Part shown: one piece after another, positions 49,944 through 60,407 of the stretch | Layout: each line of letters starts with the position of its first letter | How positions within the stretch are numbered: the first letter of the stretch is position 1 | NCBI GenBank assembly: GCA_963713825.1 | Contig: CAVQNG010000005.1 | Location: 224,001-288,000, forward strand | DNA: 64,000 bases | Origin: an uncultured Acidobacteriota bacterium | GTDB lineage: Bacteria; Acidobacteriota; Thermoanaerobaculia; Multivoradales; JAHEKO01 | Direction: 5' to 3' | Program-made: the position numbers and the translations under genes | Notes under the pieces: generated by a model | The model's database searches: none | Seen by the model: the letters and a program-made list of their open reading frames with translations, nothing else | Told to the model about the DNA's origin: nothing

Positions 49944-51877
49944 ATTACGGCGCTCTCAGCCGAGCCTCACGGGGACGATGGGGTGCTCACCGTTGGCTCA
50001 TAGCGGCCGTCGTCGTTCAGGTGCTGGCCTGTTCTGGTGCTCTGTGGAGCCAAGAACCCGATGCCTTCGATGCCCTGATCGAGGTCCCGGTACCGGCCCT
50101 GGACAAGTTCGAACAGGCGATCCAGGACCAGTTGCTGGAGCAGCGGGCCAGCCTCGACGGGCTCGTCTCCAGAACCGACGTGCCACGCCTGGAGCTGATG
50201 GAGTCCTTCGGCAAGACAGGGCAGCTGTACTTCCTCTATGAGGTCTACGAAGCCGCGCAGGCCTGTTTCATCAATGCGCGGACGCTCGCTCCCAGAGACT
50301 TCCGTTGGCACTACTACATAGGCGTCGTCTACAGCCGCCAGGGTGAGGCCGCGAAGGCTATCGACAGCCTCGAGCAGGCGGTTCCTCTGCGCCCTCAGAG
50401 TATCCCTGCTCACATGCGCCTGGGCCTCCTCGAGTTCGATCACGGTGACCTCGACAGAGCAGAACAGGAGTTTCTCGCCGCGCTCGAGATCAAGTCCGAT
50501 CTCGCAGCTGCTCACCACGGCCTTGGAATGGTCGCCCTCCGGCGTGGCGACCCGCAAATGGCGATCCAGCACCTCGAAAGGGCTCTGGAGCTGCAGCCGA
50601 AAGCAACGACCATTCATCAGCAGCTCGGTCTGGCCTATCGCGAGCTGGGAGATCTCGATCGGGCGCGCTATCACCTGCAACTCAACGAGCACGACCCGGT
50701 GATGTTCCCCGATCCACTCGTCTTTCGTCTGTCTGGCCTGATTCAGGGCAGCCGGTTCTACATCAAGCTGGGTAACGAAGCTCTCAAGGCAGGGCGACTC
50801 GGACAGGCGATCGACGACTTCAGCGAGGCGGTAGCCAGGGATCCCGAGGAGAAGCTCGCCCAATACAATCTCGGTCAGGCCCTGCTGCAAGCCCAACGCT
50901 TCGACGAAGCGATCCAGCACTTTGAACGAGCGCTCGACATCGATCCGGACTTTCGCGACGCTCACTACAATCTGGGTACAACGCTCAGCGAGCTCGAGCG
51001 CTTCGAAGAATCCGCGGCCCACTTCCAAAGAGCCCGCGAGATCGATCCCCAGGATCGGGAGGCGCGTTTGCAGTGGGCCATGGCAATGGGCCGGGCCGGA
51101 AAGGCTCGGGAGGCGGTCGAAGAGCTACAGGCACTGCGCGCCGAGAATCCTGACGATGCCGGAGTCGCCCTGAGCCTGGCGGCCATTCTGGGGCCCGTGG
51201 GGCAGGTCGATGCGGCCCGCGCAGAGTTGGACCGGGCCCTGTCCATCTCCCGCGAACCGGCGCTCGAGGCCGAGGCGCATTTCCAGCTCGGTCTACTGGA
51301 CCAGGGTGAAGGAGCAACAGCGTCGGCGATCGATCACTTCCTGACCGCTGGCGAGCTCAATCCGAAGTTGAGCGCTGCCAACACCGCCGCCGGTGCGCTA
51401 CAGGCCCAGCAAGGGGCCTTCGAGGCGGCCGCCGAGAGTTTCGAGCGGGTGGTCGAAGTCGATGCAACGAATGAGATAGCCCGATTCAGCAGGGCCATGG
51501 CCCTGCTGCTGGCAGGCAACTACCAGCTGGCGACCGACGAACTGGAAGAGGATCTCGAGATTCTGCCGCAGAGCCTTCCCCTGCGGCATCTGTTGGCCCG
51601 CCTGCTGGCCACGGTCCCGGACGAGTCAGTTCGTGATGGAGATCGAGCCCTGGTATTGGCGAAGGAGGTCTTCGGACTGGCTGTCAGCGCCGACCACGCC
51701 GAAACCCTGGCGATGGCCTGGGCGGAATCGGGCGATTTCGACACCGCCATCCAGTGGCAGGAGAGGGCTCTGGAGCTGTTGCCTGAAGGCGGAGGCCCCG
51801 GACAGGCCTCTGCAGCGCGCCTCCGCCTGGAGCAGTACCAGAGCGGGCAAGCCTGCAGGGAGCCGTGGAAGGACTGA
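49940..51877 (+). CDS. Exported multi-TPR protein
   Basis: Signal peptide, TPRs throughout, LARLLAT.PD..VRDG..A motif; GTGA overlap with the upstream gene. Confidence 0.88.
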   Translation: MNYGALSRASRGRWGAHRWLIAAVVVQVLACSGALWSQEPDAFDALIEVPVPALDKFEQAIQDQLLEQRASLDGLVSRTDVPRLELMESFGKTGQLYFLYEVYEAAQACFINARTLAPRDFRWHYYIGVVYSRQGEAAKAIDSLEQAVPLRPQSIPAHMRLGLLEFDHGDLDRAEQEFLAALEIKSDLAAAHHGLGMVALRRGDPQMAIQHLERALELQPKATTIHQQLGLAYRELGDLDRARYHLQLNEHDPVMFPDPLVFRLSGLIQGSRFYIKLGNEALKAGRLGQAIDDFSEAVARDPEEKLAQYNLGQALLQAQRFDEAIQHFERALDIDPDFRDAHYNLGTTLSELERFEESAAHFQRAREIDPQDREARLQWAMAMGRAGKAREAVEELQALRAENPDDAGVALSLAAILGPVGQVDAARAELDRALSISREPALEAEAHFQLGLLDQGEGATASAIDHFLTAGELNPKLSAANTAAGALQAQQGAFEAAAESFERVVEVDATNEIARFSRAMALLLAGNYQLATDELEEDLEILPQSLPLRHLLARLLATVPDESVRDGDRALVLAKEVFGLAVSADHAETLAMAWAESGDFDTAIQWQERALELLPEGGGPGQASAARLRLEQYQSGQACREPWKD

Positions 51878-51886
51878 TGTCCAGCC

Positions 51887-53515
51887 TCAGTCGGTTGTCG
51901 GCTCGCTCAGCGCCGCCAGGTTCTTGGCGGCGAGCGGATCGTCGGGCTGCAGCATCAGAACCTGCTCCAGGAGGAGCTTGGCCTCTTCGTTCTCGTCTTT
52001 GGCCATCAACAGCACCGCGAGGTCGTTCATGGCAGCGGTGTGCTGCGGTGCCATGGTGATGGTCTTGCGTAGATCTTCCTCGGCCGGGCCACTCAGTCCG
52101 ATGTCGAGCCGAACCACCCCTCGCATGTAGTAGGAATCGGCGATGTCGGGGGCCAGCTGCACTGCGGATTCCGCGACATCCAGGGCTTCCTGGAGGCGGC
52201 CCATCTCCGACAGCAGTCGCGCTTCGAAAAGCATGGGCCGGGGGTCCCCTGGTGCCAGGATTGCCTCTTGTCGCACAGTTCTCAGAGCGGCCTCGCGGTT
52301 GCCACCGCTCGACAGGTGCATGGCCCAGCGCAATCGAGCCCCGGTGGGGTCGTTGGCCAGCGTGCCCAGCGACAGAGCGGCACCTTCCGGGTCGGTACCT
52401 CTGAGAATCTGGCTGACCTGAAGCGCCGTTCGACTCTCCTCGTCCCGTCCCTCCGCCGCCAGCGCTGCGCTCAACCACTCCCAGGCTTCCGGATTGCTGG
52501 GATCGACAGCCGTCGCATATTCGAGAGGCGGCAGGGCATCGGAGCTCCGTCCCGCCTGGCTCAGCATCTGGCCGTAGTCCGCGGTGACCTCGGCCGCCAG
52601 AATCCGGTCGGAGTCCGGTGAGTCTGGTCCGATGCTGGATTGGAGGCTCTCGGCTACCGGTTGCAACGTCTGAATTGCTGCGTCTTGCTGCCCCATCGCG
52701 GCCTGGGCACGGGCTTGAAGTCGTACGAGGTCGGGATCGGTGCCGGCTTTTCCTTCGAGTGCCTGGAGCGCGGATTCAGGCTGACCCACCAAGAGATAGC
52801 TCTCTGCCAGGACACTCAGCACCTGGGGCTCGAGGCCGTCTGGCGGACTTTCCGACAGCGGCTGGATCACGGCGAGAGCACCCCAGCCATCCTCGTTCAG
52901 CAGCCCGACACGACCGCGGAGAATATTGGCGGCCGGCAGATCCAGGGGCAGGGTCATCAGCACGTCTTCGGCATCGGAGGCCCGCCCGAGAGCCACTGCA
53001 CAGGAGGTTGCGGCAAGCAGGGCACCGGTATCCTCGGGGTGAAGCCTGCTCCATGGGCGCAGGAGCAGGAAGGCGTCCATCAGGTTGCCTTGGCGCAGCC
53101 GGACGAATCCCAATTCCCGAGCGGCAGGGCTGACCGGCGTCATCGCTAGCGATCGCTCCAGATATCCCTTCGCCTTGTCGAGATCACCCACTCCAGCCGC
53201 CGCACGTCCGGCGTTGTAAAGCACTGCAGGCTCGGCCTCTGGTGAGTCGGCCAGGGGCGTCAGAATGGTCACGGCATCGGCGGCTCGGTCAGCTTCGAGA
53301 TAGAGCGCCCCAAGGGTTTGCGAGACTCGGGAGTCCTTCTCACCCTGGGCAAGGGCCTCTTCCAGCTCGGTGATCGCTGGGTCGAGCTCACCCGATTCGA
53401 GATGTTTCAACACCCGATTGAGAGTCTCGTCGGCCGCGGTCGGTTCCTGCTGGCCAGCCGCGGCAAGCGGTAGAAGAACAAGCAGTAGCAGTGAGAGGTG
53501 GATCGAATGTCTCAT
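51887..53515 (-). CDS. Exported multi-TPR protein
   Basis: MRHSIHLSLLLLVLLPLAAAG signal peptide; TPRs. Confidence 0.85.
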   Translation of the reverse strand: MRHSIHLSLLLLVLLPLAAAGQQEPTAADETLNRVLKHLESGELDPAITELEEALAQGEKDSRVSQTLGALYLEADRAADAVTILTPLADSPEAEPAVLYNAGRAAAGVGDLDKAKGYLERSLAMTPVSPAARELGFVRLRQGNLMDAFLLLRPWSRLHPEDTGALLAATSCAVALGRASDAEDVLMTLPLDLPAANILRGRVGLLNEDGWGALAVIQPLSESPPDGLEPQVLSVLAESYLLVGQPESALQALEGKAGTDPDLVRLQARAQAAMGQQDAAIQTLQPVAESLQSSIGPDSPDSDRILAAEVTADYGQMLSQAGRSSDALPPLEYATAVDPSNPEAWEWLSAALAAEGRDEESRTALQVSQILRGTDPEGAALSLGTLANDPTGARLRWAMHLSSGGNREAALRTVRQEAILAPGDPRPMLFEARLLSEMGRLQEALDVAESAVQLAPDIADSYYMRGVVRLDIGLSGPAEEDLRKTITMAPQHTAAMNDLAVLLMAKDENEEAKLLLEQVLMLQPDDPLAAKNLAALSEPTTD

Positions 53516-53693
53516 AGTCGTCTCGATTCTGGTTGGGAAGGGTCACCCGTTCGCGCCAGGCAATACGGGTTAGAATTACGGTCGGAGCGGAAGTATGGAC
53601 CGAACTGCTCGCACGATTGAGCGGTCAAGGAGTTCTTTTAGCCGCACTTCCCACAGTATATACAAGTGTCGACAACCTCCAGGAAGCTCGAAG

Positions 53694-54860
53694 ATGACCA
53701 GGAATCTCTTGCATGGATCGGCCCCAGGGTCCGCCCTGGCTTCTGGCAATAGACCTCGACGGCTCCTCGTCCCATTTCTGGCAGGCGTGCTGGTGGCGCC
53801 ATTGTTCGGGCCGGCCATAGCTTCGACTCAGGCAGCAGCCTCGTCCGATGCCCAGAGCTCGATGCAAGCGGAGCTCGAGGTACGTCGGCGCTTGATGGCG
53901 CATCCCGAGCAGCCGGAGATCTATCTCGAACTGGCGGATCTGCAGGTCTCCCGAGGGGCTGAGGAGGAGGCGTTGGCGACGCTGGTGAGCAGTAGCAACC
54001 GTTTCCTGGGCGCGGACGAGCCCAAGAAGGCGGTCCTGGTGCTGAACAAAGCCGCCGAAATGCGTCCGGACGATGCCGAGCTGCAGTTTCTCCTGGGCAA
54101 GGCCCACACTCAGAATCGTGACTTCGAAGCCGCCGAGGCGCCGCTGCGTCGGTCCATCGAGCTGGGCTCGGAGGACCCCTCGGTCCTGGTCTATCTCGGT
54201 GCCATCCTCTGGGAGAGTGGCCGCATGGCGGAAGCCGAGCCGGTCTACCGGCAAGCGATCGAAGCCACGGACCGAGCCTTCATGCCACTGTCACAGTTGG
54301 GCCGGCTGCTCCTATGGCAAGGCCAGTTCGAAGATGCAGCACAGTTGCTGCAGGAGGCGGCCCAGAAGAACCCCCGAGATGTGGGCACGCTCTTCGATCT
54401 AGCCGAGGCTCTGCGAGGCTCGAACCAGGCCGAAGAGGCCATTGCTACTTATCGCCGCGTGGTTCTTCTCGCTCCCAAGCTGAACAAGGCGCACTACGGA
54501 CTGGCGATGTTGCTGGCCCGTCAGGGCGATCGTGAGGGCAGCAAAGCGGAGTTCGAGATCTACAACCAGCTCATTCTTGCCGCAGAGGAAGGCAACCGGA
54601 TGGCCGAGATCGAAGAAGGTGAGGTCGATCGGGCCGGATTGATGCTGCGACAGGGACAAGTCGAGGCGGCCATCGCCCATCTCGAGAGTCTCGAAGAGAC
54701 TGTCGAAGTGGATCTGGCGAAAGCACAGGCCTACCGGGCCGCAGGCAGGCTGGACGATGCGGTGGAGAGCCTGCAGCGCGCCGTTGCCTTCGATCCCAGC
54801 CGTCAGGATGTGCGCCAGATGTTGGCCAGCATTCGCATGGAAATGGCCCAGGGCCAATGA
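53694..54860 (+). CDS. Exported TPR protein
   Basis: Hydrophobic signal-like segment and TPRs (AHYGLAMLLARQGD); start uncertain. Confidence 0.83.
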   Translation: MTRNLLHGSAPGSALASGNRPRRLLVPFLAGVLVAPLFGPAIASTQAAASSDAQSSMQAELEVRRRLMAHPEQPEIYLELADLQVSRGAEEEALATLVSSSNRFLGADEPKKAVLVLNKAAEMRPDDAELQFLLGKAHTQNRDFEAAEAPLRRSIELGSEDPSVLVYLGAILWESGRMAEAEPVYRQAIEATDRAFMPLSQLGRLLLWQGQFEDAAQLLQEAAQKNPRDVGTLFDLAEALRGSNQAEEAIATYRRVVLLAPKLNKAHYGLAMLLARQGDREGSKAEFEIYNQLILAAEEGNRMAEIEEGEVDRAGLMLRQGQVEAAIAHLESLEETVEVDLAKAQAYRAAGRLDDAVESLQRAVAFDPSRQDVRQMLASIRMEMAQGQ

Positions 54861-56542
54861 GAAAGCCGACCTCCAGGCGCCCTTGGTCGTGGCTCGGCCT
54901 GACCTTGGCTGGTCTGCTGCTCGGCTCGGCGGTGACGGCCGTCGCCCAACAGGACTCGTGCCGTGGGACCGCGATGGCCGAGGCGGCAGAGGACGTCGGC
55001 ATCCACTTCGTGCACGCTCGGGGCGAGACGGGGAACTTCTACAACCCCGAGACGATGGGCTCCGGACTAGCCTGGTTCGACTACGACGGTGATGGTTGGT
55101 TGGACTGCTATCTCGTCCAGTCGGGCCCCTTTCCTCCGACCGCGGAGGGCAGCGACGCGGCCACCAACCAGATGTTTCGCAACACCGGCGACGGGCGCTT
55201 CGAGAACGTCACTGGGCGCACGGGCTCCGGCGAGCGGAGCTATGGACAGGGAGTCCTCGGTGCCGACTTCGACGGTGATCGGATGCCGGATATCTTCCTC
55301 GCCAACTGGGGCGTCGATCGCTTGCTGATGAATCGTGGTGATGGGACTTTCGAAGACCGCACGGCCGAGTCGGGTGTGGATGTCGAGGGCGCCAACGGTT
55401 GGAGCTCCGGTGCGGCTCTCGGCGACGCCGATCGGGACGGCGATCTGGATCTCTATCTGGTGATCTATGTGGAGCACGATCCCGAGCACGAGCCCTTTTG
55501 CCTCCACCCCTCGACAGGTGAGCGTTGGTACTGTGGTCCGTCACCATTCGAGCCCAAGATGGACATCTTCTTCCGCAACCAGGGTGGTGCGGTGTTCAAG
55601 GACGAGACTCTGGAGGCGGGCTTCGAGACTGCCAACGGCAAGGGGCTGGGTGTGCTGTTCGTCGATCTCAATGGCGACAACTGGCCCGATGTCTACGTTG
55701 CCAACGACATGACCTTCAACCTTCTGTTCGTCAACAAAGGTGATGGAACCTTCGAGGACCTGTCGTTGATGTCGGGGGTGGCGGTGAGCCGTGACGGGAT
55801 GCCCGAGGCGGGAATGGGAGTGGCGATCGGCGATGTGGATGGCGACGGTGATGCCGACATGGCGGTGGCCAACTTCGACGTCCAGACCAACACCCTCTAC
55901 ACCAATCAGGGGGACCTCTTCTTCGAAGATACCTCCGCTGCCAGCGGTTTCGGCGCCGCTTCGTTCAACTACGTCGGGTTCGGCCTCGTCATGGCCGACT
56001 TCAACCGTGACGGCCATATGGACTTCTTCAACGGTACCGGGCACACCGTCGAGATCTCGCCACGCGCCAACGTCTTCTACGAGCAGCCGGATGTCCTGCT
56101 GCTCGGCGACGGCAAAGGAAATTTCGCCGAGCCCGACTGCCCGCTGCCGAATAAGCTCCCCTCGGTCTCGCGTGGCGTGGCCTACGCCGACTATGACAAC
56201 GACGGCGACCCGGACATCGGAATCCAACGCAGCGGCCGGGCCTTTTCCCTGCTTCGCAACGACACGCAGGCCGGCAGCTGGCTGGGTCTGCGTCTGTGGA
56301 GTAACACGGCCAACAGCGAAGGTGTTGGCGCGGTGGCAACACTCACAACGAGCCAGGGCGTTCAGAAACGCTGGGTGATCGCCGGCAGCAGCTACCAGTC
56401 CTCGTCGGACATCCGCGTCCTCTTCGGCTTCGACGAGAAGGCGGAGATTCACGAAGTCGAGATCCTCTGGCAATCCGGTAAGGTGCAGCGGATTCTTCAA
56501 CCTCCTCTCGAGAGTTATCTCACGGTGCGGGAGCCCCTGTGA
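54857..56542 (+). CDS. CRTAC1-family protein (FG-GAP plus ASPIC/UnbV)
   Basis: Signal peptide, PETMGSG, D.DGDG.LD repeats, GSSYQS...LFG...WQSG. Confidence 0.92.
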   Translation: MRKPTSRRPWSWLGLTLAGLLLGSAVTAVAQQDSCRGTAMAEAAEDVGIHFVHARGETGNFYNPETMGSGLAWFDYDGDGWLDCYLVQSGPFPPTAEGSDAATNQMFRNTGDGRFENVTGRTGSGERSYGQGVLGADFDGDRMPDIFLANWGVDRLLMNRGDGTFEDRTAESGVDVEGANGWSSGAALGDADRDGDLDLYLVIYVEHDPEHEPFCLHPSTGERWYCGPSPFEPKMDIFFRNQGGAVFKDETLEAGFETANGKGLGVLFVDLNGDNWPDVYVANDMTFNLLFVNKGDGTFEDLSLMSGVAVSRDGMPEAGMGVAIGDVDGDGDADMAVANFDVQTNTLYTNQGDLFFEDTSAASGFGAASFNYVGFGLVMADFNRDGHMDFFNGTGHTVEISPRANVFYEQPDVLLLGDGKGNFAEPDCPLPNKLPSVSRGVAYADYDNDGDPDIGIQRSGRAFSLLRNDTQAGSWLGLRLWSNTANSEGVGAVATLTTSQGVQKRWVIAGSSYQSSSDIRVLFGFDEKAEIHEVEILWQSGKVQRILQPPLESYLTVREPL

Positions 56543-56545
56543 GTC

Positions 56546-58561
56546 GTGGGAATGACCATGCATAGACGAATCGAAATCTCATTCACCAATCGAGCTGGTT
56601 TGCTGGCTCTCGCTGTCCTGGGGCTCGCCTTGGGCCTGACGTCGTCCGCTGCCGCTCAGCTACCCGATCTGTTGCCGATACCAGATGTCGAGCTCACCGA
56701 AGACGTGGAATCCGGTGTGCAGGAGGTCTTTCCGCAACTGCGTCAGGCGATCGATCAGCTGGAGGCGAACAGTGGCACGACCGCGTCTCAGCTTGCCGAG
56801 GCCTATGGTGAGCTGGGTCGCGCGGCCCTCTACTATGAGACATCGGCGGTGATCGAGCCGGCGCTGAAGAATGCGCAGCGACTGGATCCCGAGGACTCCC
56901 GTTGGCCCTACTATCTGGGTGCCTACTACCAGGATCAGCGGCGACTCGAAGAGGCCACGGATCAGCTGGTGATAGCACATCAGCTGCAACCAGACAACGC
57001 GGCGATCAATGTACGCCTCGGGCAGCTGGCCTTGCTGTCGGATCGGCCGGAGCAGGCGCCAGAGTACTTCGAGAAGGCGACGGGCAGCGACGGTTTCGCG
57101 GCCCTGGCGCTGTATGGTCTGGGGCGGAGCGCCGGTCTGCGGGGTGACGACGCGGCCGCCCTGGAGCTCTACAAAGCGGCCCTGGAGCTGCAGCCTGAAG
57201 CGGCCGAGATCCATCAACAGATGGGACTCGCCTATCGCAAGCTGGGTGACATGGACGCGGCGCGGGAGCACCTGTCAAAGCAGGCTTCGGGCAGCCTCTC
57301 TTTCCCGGACCCCTTGATGGACTCGTTGAAAAGCGATTTTTCGCGCAGTCATCTCTTTGCCGGTCTCGAGGCCCAATCCACAGGTCGTTGGGAGGCGGCC
57401 GTTGCCGAGTACCGCAAGGCGGTGAATGAGGATCCGACCAATGGTGTCAACCACCAGATTCTGGCCGACGCTCTGGAGAAGAGTGGCGATCTGGATTCAG
57501 CCATCGAAGAGTTTCGGCTGGCTGCCTCCTTGCTGCCGAGTGATGGGATGGTCCGTGTGCAGCTGGCGAAGGCTCTGGTCACTAGAGATGGCGTCAGCGA
57601 CGAGGCGATCGATATGTTCCGTCGAGCGGTCGAACTGACTCCGGGCCTCGTGGAGGCGAGAAGGGGACTGGCATCCGTTCTGCTGCACCAGCAACGCTAC
57701 GAGGAGGCGCTCGAGCACCTCGATGCGACCCTCGAGATCGATTCGACTGATCCTGGAGCCAGATTGATGCGCGCTCGAGCCCTGGCTGCAGTGGGCAGAG
57801 AGACCGAGGCCAAGTTGGACCTCGAGTCGATCGTCGCGGCACAACCGGAAGCGCTCGAAGCGACACTCGACTTAGCAGCGCTCGAGGCCCGTCAAGGCAA
57901 GTTCGGTGCCGCCATCACGAGGCTCGAAGGCCTCCTCGTAAGCGCCGACGACGACAACTCGAGAGCGATTCTGAATTTCGAGATCGGCGGGCTGAAGCAA
58001 CTGGCCGGCGATGACGAGGCAGCGCTCCAATACTACGAGGCGGCAATCGAACAAGCGCCTGAGCTCAGGGACGCTCAGTTCAACCGGGCCGTCTCGCTGG
58101 GCCGACTCGGCAGGCAGGCAGAGGCGGAAGAGCAGCTGCGGCAGGTCCTCGAGATCGACCCGCAGGATGAGAAGAGCTACCTCGCATTGGCACAGACCTT
58201 GGCAGGCCGCGGGCAGTTCGCGGATTCTCGGCAAGTCCTACAGGATGGACTGGATGAGGTCGTGGAGAGCAAGCTGCTCATGGCTGCCATGGTGCAGTTG
58301 CTGCTCGCCAGCCCCGATCCGGAGACCCGTGACGCGGCGGCCGCGGTACCCTTGGCCACCCGACTGCACGAGATCGACCCGTCGGTCCAGAACGGTGCCA
58401 TGGTCGCGGCGGCCCTCGGCGCGTCTGGCCGCTCTGCAGAGGCGGCGGAGTGGCAGGCCAGAGTTCTGCGCCAGGCCGAAGCGGCTGGTTGGCCCCAGGA
58501 ACAGCTGCAGCGCATGCGATCCGACCTGGCGCTGTACCGGCAGCGGGCCGGGGGAGGCTGA
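56546..58561 (+). CDS. Exported multi-TPR protein, paralog of 49940-51877
   Basis: Signal peptide; shared blocks RWPYYLG, IHQQMGLAYRKLGD and FPDPL. Confidence 0.88.
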   Translation: MGMTMHRRIEISFTNRAGLLALAVLGLALGLTSSAAAQLPDLLPIPDVELTEDVESGVQEVFPQLRQAIDQLEANSGTTASQLAEAYGELGRAALYYETSAVIEPALKNAQRLDPEDSRWPYYLGAYYQDQRRLEEATDQLVIAHQLQPDNAAINVRLGQLALLSDRPEQAPEYFEKATGSDGFAALALYGLGRSAGLRGDDAAALELYKAALELQPEAAEIHQQMGLAYRKLGDMDAAREHLSKQASGSLSFPDPLMDSLKSDFSRSHLFAGLEAQSTGRWEAAVAEYRKAVNEDPTNGVNHQILADALEKSGDLDSAIEEFRLAASLLPSDGMVRVQLAKALVTRDGVSDEAIDMFRRAVELTPGLVEARRGLASVLLHQQRYEEALEHLDATLEIDSTDPGARLMRARALAAVGRETEAKLDLESIVAAQPEALEATLDLAALEARQGKFGAAITRLEGLLVSADDDNSRAILNFEIGGLKQLAGDDEAALQYYEAAIEQAPELRDAQFNRAVSLGRLGRQAEAEEQLRQVLEIDPQDEKSYLALAQTLAGRGQFADSRQVLQDGLDEVVESKLLMAAMVQLLLASPDPETRDAAAAVPLATRLHEIDPSVQNGAMVAAALGASGRSAEAAEWQARVLRQAEAAGWPQEQLQRMRSDLALYRQRAGGG

Positions 58562-60369
58562 TGAGCCCGCAGAGAGGCGCTCGGGAGGTGTCGACCTGGC
58601 GCATTGCCATCAGGCGTTGGCGCCTGCTGAGACTCACCCTGCTCGCCTGTTTCGCCTTGGTGCCTCTGGAGCATCTTCACGCCCAGACTCCGTCACCGGA
58701 CGATTCGACAGGAGATGCGAGTCCCGGTTTCATCTTCTCGGATGCAAGTCTTCCTGCCGGGTTTGATTTTCACCTGTTCAACGGTGCGTCGGGCGAGATC
58801 TACTTCCTCGAGATCATGGGTTCGGGGGGCGGATTGATCGACTTCGACGCCGATGGGGATCTCGATCTCTACGCGGTGCAGGGCACGATGCTGGCGCCGG
58901 GCAAAGGCGTCGAAGACGCCGAGATTCCCCCGCAGCATCCAATCCCCTTGACCGACCGGCTGTATCGCAATGACCTGGAGGTCGATCCCCAGGGGCGTCG
59001 GTCGCTGCACTTCACCGACGTGACGGAGAAAGCGGGCCTGACTCGATCCGAGTACGGCTTTGGTGTGGCGACCGGGGACTACGACAACGATGGCTGGACC
59101 GACCTCTATGTGACGAACTTCGGCTCGAATCAGCTGCTTCGCAACAATGGGGACGGCACGTTCGCCGATGTCACCGAGGTTTCGGGAAGCGATGACAAGG
59201 GTTGGAGTGTCAGCGCCAGCTTTGTGGACTTCGATCGCGATGGGTGGCTGGATCTCTACGTCACGAACTATGTGGACTTCAGCGTCGAAAAGCGGCGCCA
59301 CTGCCTGAACCCGATGGGCGCCGCCGACTACTGCGATCCGGATGCCTATCCTTCGGGTGATGATCGTTTGTTTCGCAATCGCGGCGATGGAACTTTCGAG
59401 GATGTCTCGATCCAGGCCGGCATCCGAGTCGAGCCGAGGACAGGCCTGGGTGTCGCTTCGGCCGACTTCGACCTCGATGGCTGGCCCGATCTCTACGTCG
59501 CCAACGACGGCATGTCCAATCTGCTGTTCATGAACAATCGGGACGGCACCTTTCGTGACGACACCCTGCTGGCCGGTTGTGCGGTCAACTCGGAAGGCCA
59601 GCGAGAGGCTTCCATGGGCATCGATGTCGCCGATGTGGACAACGATGGCGACGAAGACATCTTTCTGACCCACTACGCGCGGGAGACCAATACTCTCTAC
59701 ATCAACGACGGCACAGCGATGTTCGACGATGTGACGCAAGTCAGCGGCCTGGCGACACCGAGCTGGAATTTCACCAGCTTCGGGACCCACCTTTTCGACT
59801 ACGACAACGACGGTCTGCTCGACATCATGACGGTGAGCGGCGCCGTGACGATCTTCTCCAATGGCAGTCGGGAGAACCTGGCGCAGAGGAATCAACTGTT
59901 TCGCAACCTCGATGGCAGGCATTTCGAAGACATGAGCGACCAGGCAAGCGAAGCCTTCCTCCTGGAGGAGGTGAGCCGGGGCGCGGCCTTCGGCGACATC
60001 GACAACGATGGGGACACCGACGTCGTGGTCTTCAACAACTCGGAGCCCTCCCGCCTGCTGGTCAACCAGGTTGGCTCCGATCGTCAATGGCTGGGACTTC
60101 GACTGGTGGGGAAGGGCACGCCCCGCGACATGCAAGGGGCCTGGGTAGAGCTCAGGCAGCCGCCTGGGCCGACGCTATGGCGCCGCGTTCATACCGATGG
60201 CAGCTACGCCTCGGCGAGCGACCCTCGACTGCTCTTCGGGCTGGCCGACCGGACTTCGCCGGGCACGGCGCGAGTCTCCTGGCCGAGCGGTCTGGTCGAG
60301 GAGTTCACCGATCTGCCGGTGGGGCAGTACACGGAGTTGAAGGAAGGCACCGGTCGAGCCCTGGAGTAG
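58561..60369 (+). CDS. CRTAC1-family protein (FG-GAP plus ASPIC/UnbV), paralog of 48210-49943
   Basis: DYDNDG repeats, GSYASASDPRLLFGL, WPSG; TGATG coupling with the upstream gene. Confidence 0.92.
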   Translation: MSPQRGAREVSTWRIAIRRWRLLRLTLLACFALVPLEHLHAQTPSPDDSTGDASPGFIFSDASLPAGFDFHLFNGASGEIYFLEIMGSGGGLIDFDADGDLDLYAVQGTMLAPGKGVEDAEIPPQHPIPLTDRLYRNDLEVDPQGRRSLHFTDVTEKAGLTRSEYGFGVATGDYDNDGWTDLYVTNFGSNQLLRNNGDGTFADVTEVSGSDDKGWSVSASFVDFDRDGWLDLYVTNYVDFSVEKRRHCLNPMGAADYCDPDAYPSGDDRLFRNRGDGTFEDVSIQAGIRVEPRTGLGVASADFDLDGWPDLYVANDGMSNLLFMNNRDGTFRDDTLLAGCAVNSEGQREASMGIDVADVDNDGDEDIFLTHYARETNTLYINDGTAMFDDVTQVSGLATPSWNFTSFGTHLFDYDNDGLLDIMTVSGAVTIFSNGSRENLAQRNQLFRNLDGRHFEDMSDQASEAFLLEEVSRGAAFGDIDNDGDTDVVVFNNSEPSRLLVNQVGSDRQWLGLRLVGKGTPRDMQGAWVELRQPPGPTLWRRVHTDGSYASASDPRLLFGLADRTSPGTARVSWPSGLVEEFTDLPVGQYTELKEGTGRALE

Positions 60370-60407
60370 GTGGCCCCTCGCGCAGCTCGATCGGTCGGGA
60401 GGGTCGA

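Noticed and set aside
48400-60020. Recurring GACTACGACAACGATGGC-like DNA repeats as a CRISPR or DGR signal
   Set aside because: They encode the DYDNDG FG-GAP motifs inside CDSs and are irregularly spaced; no cas or RT genes are present
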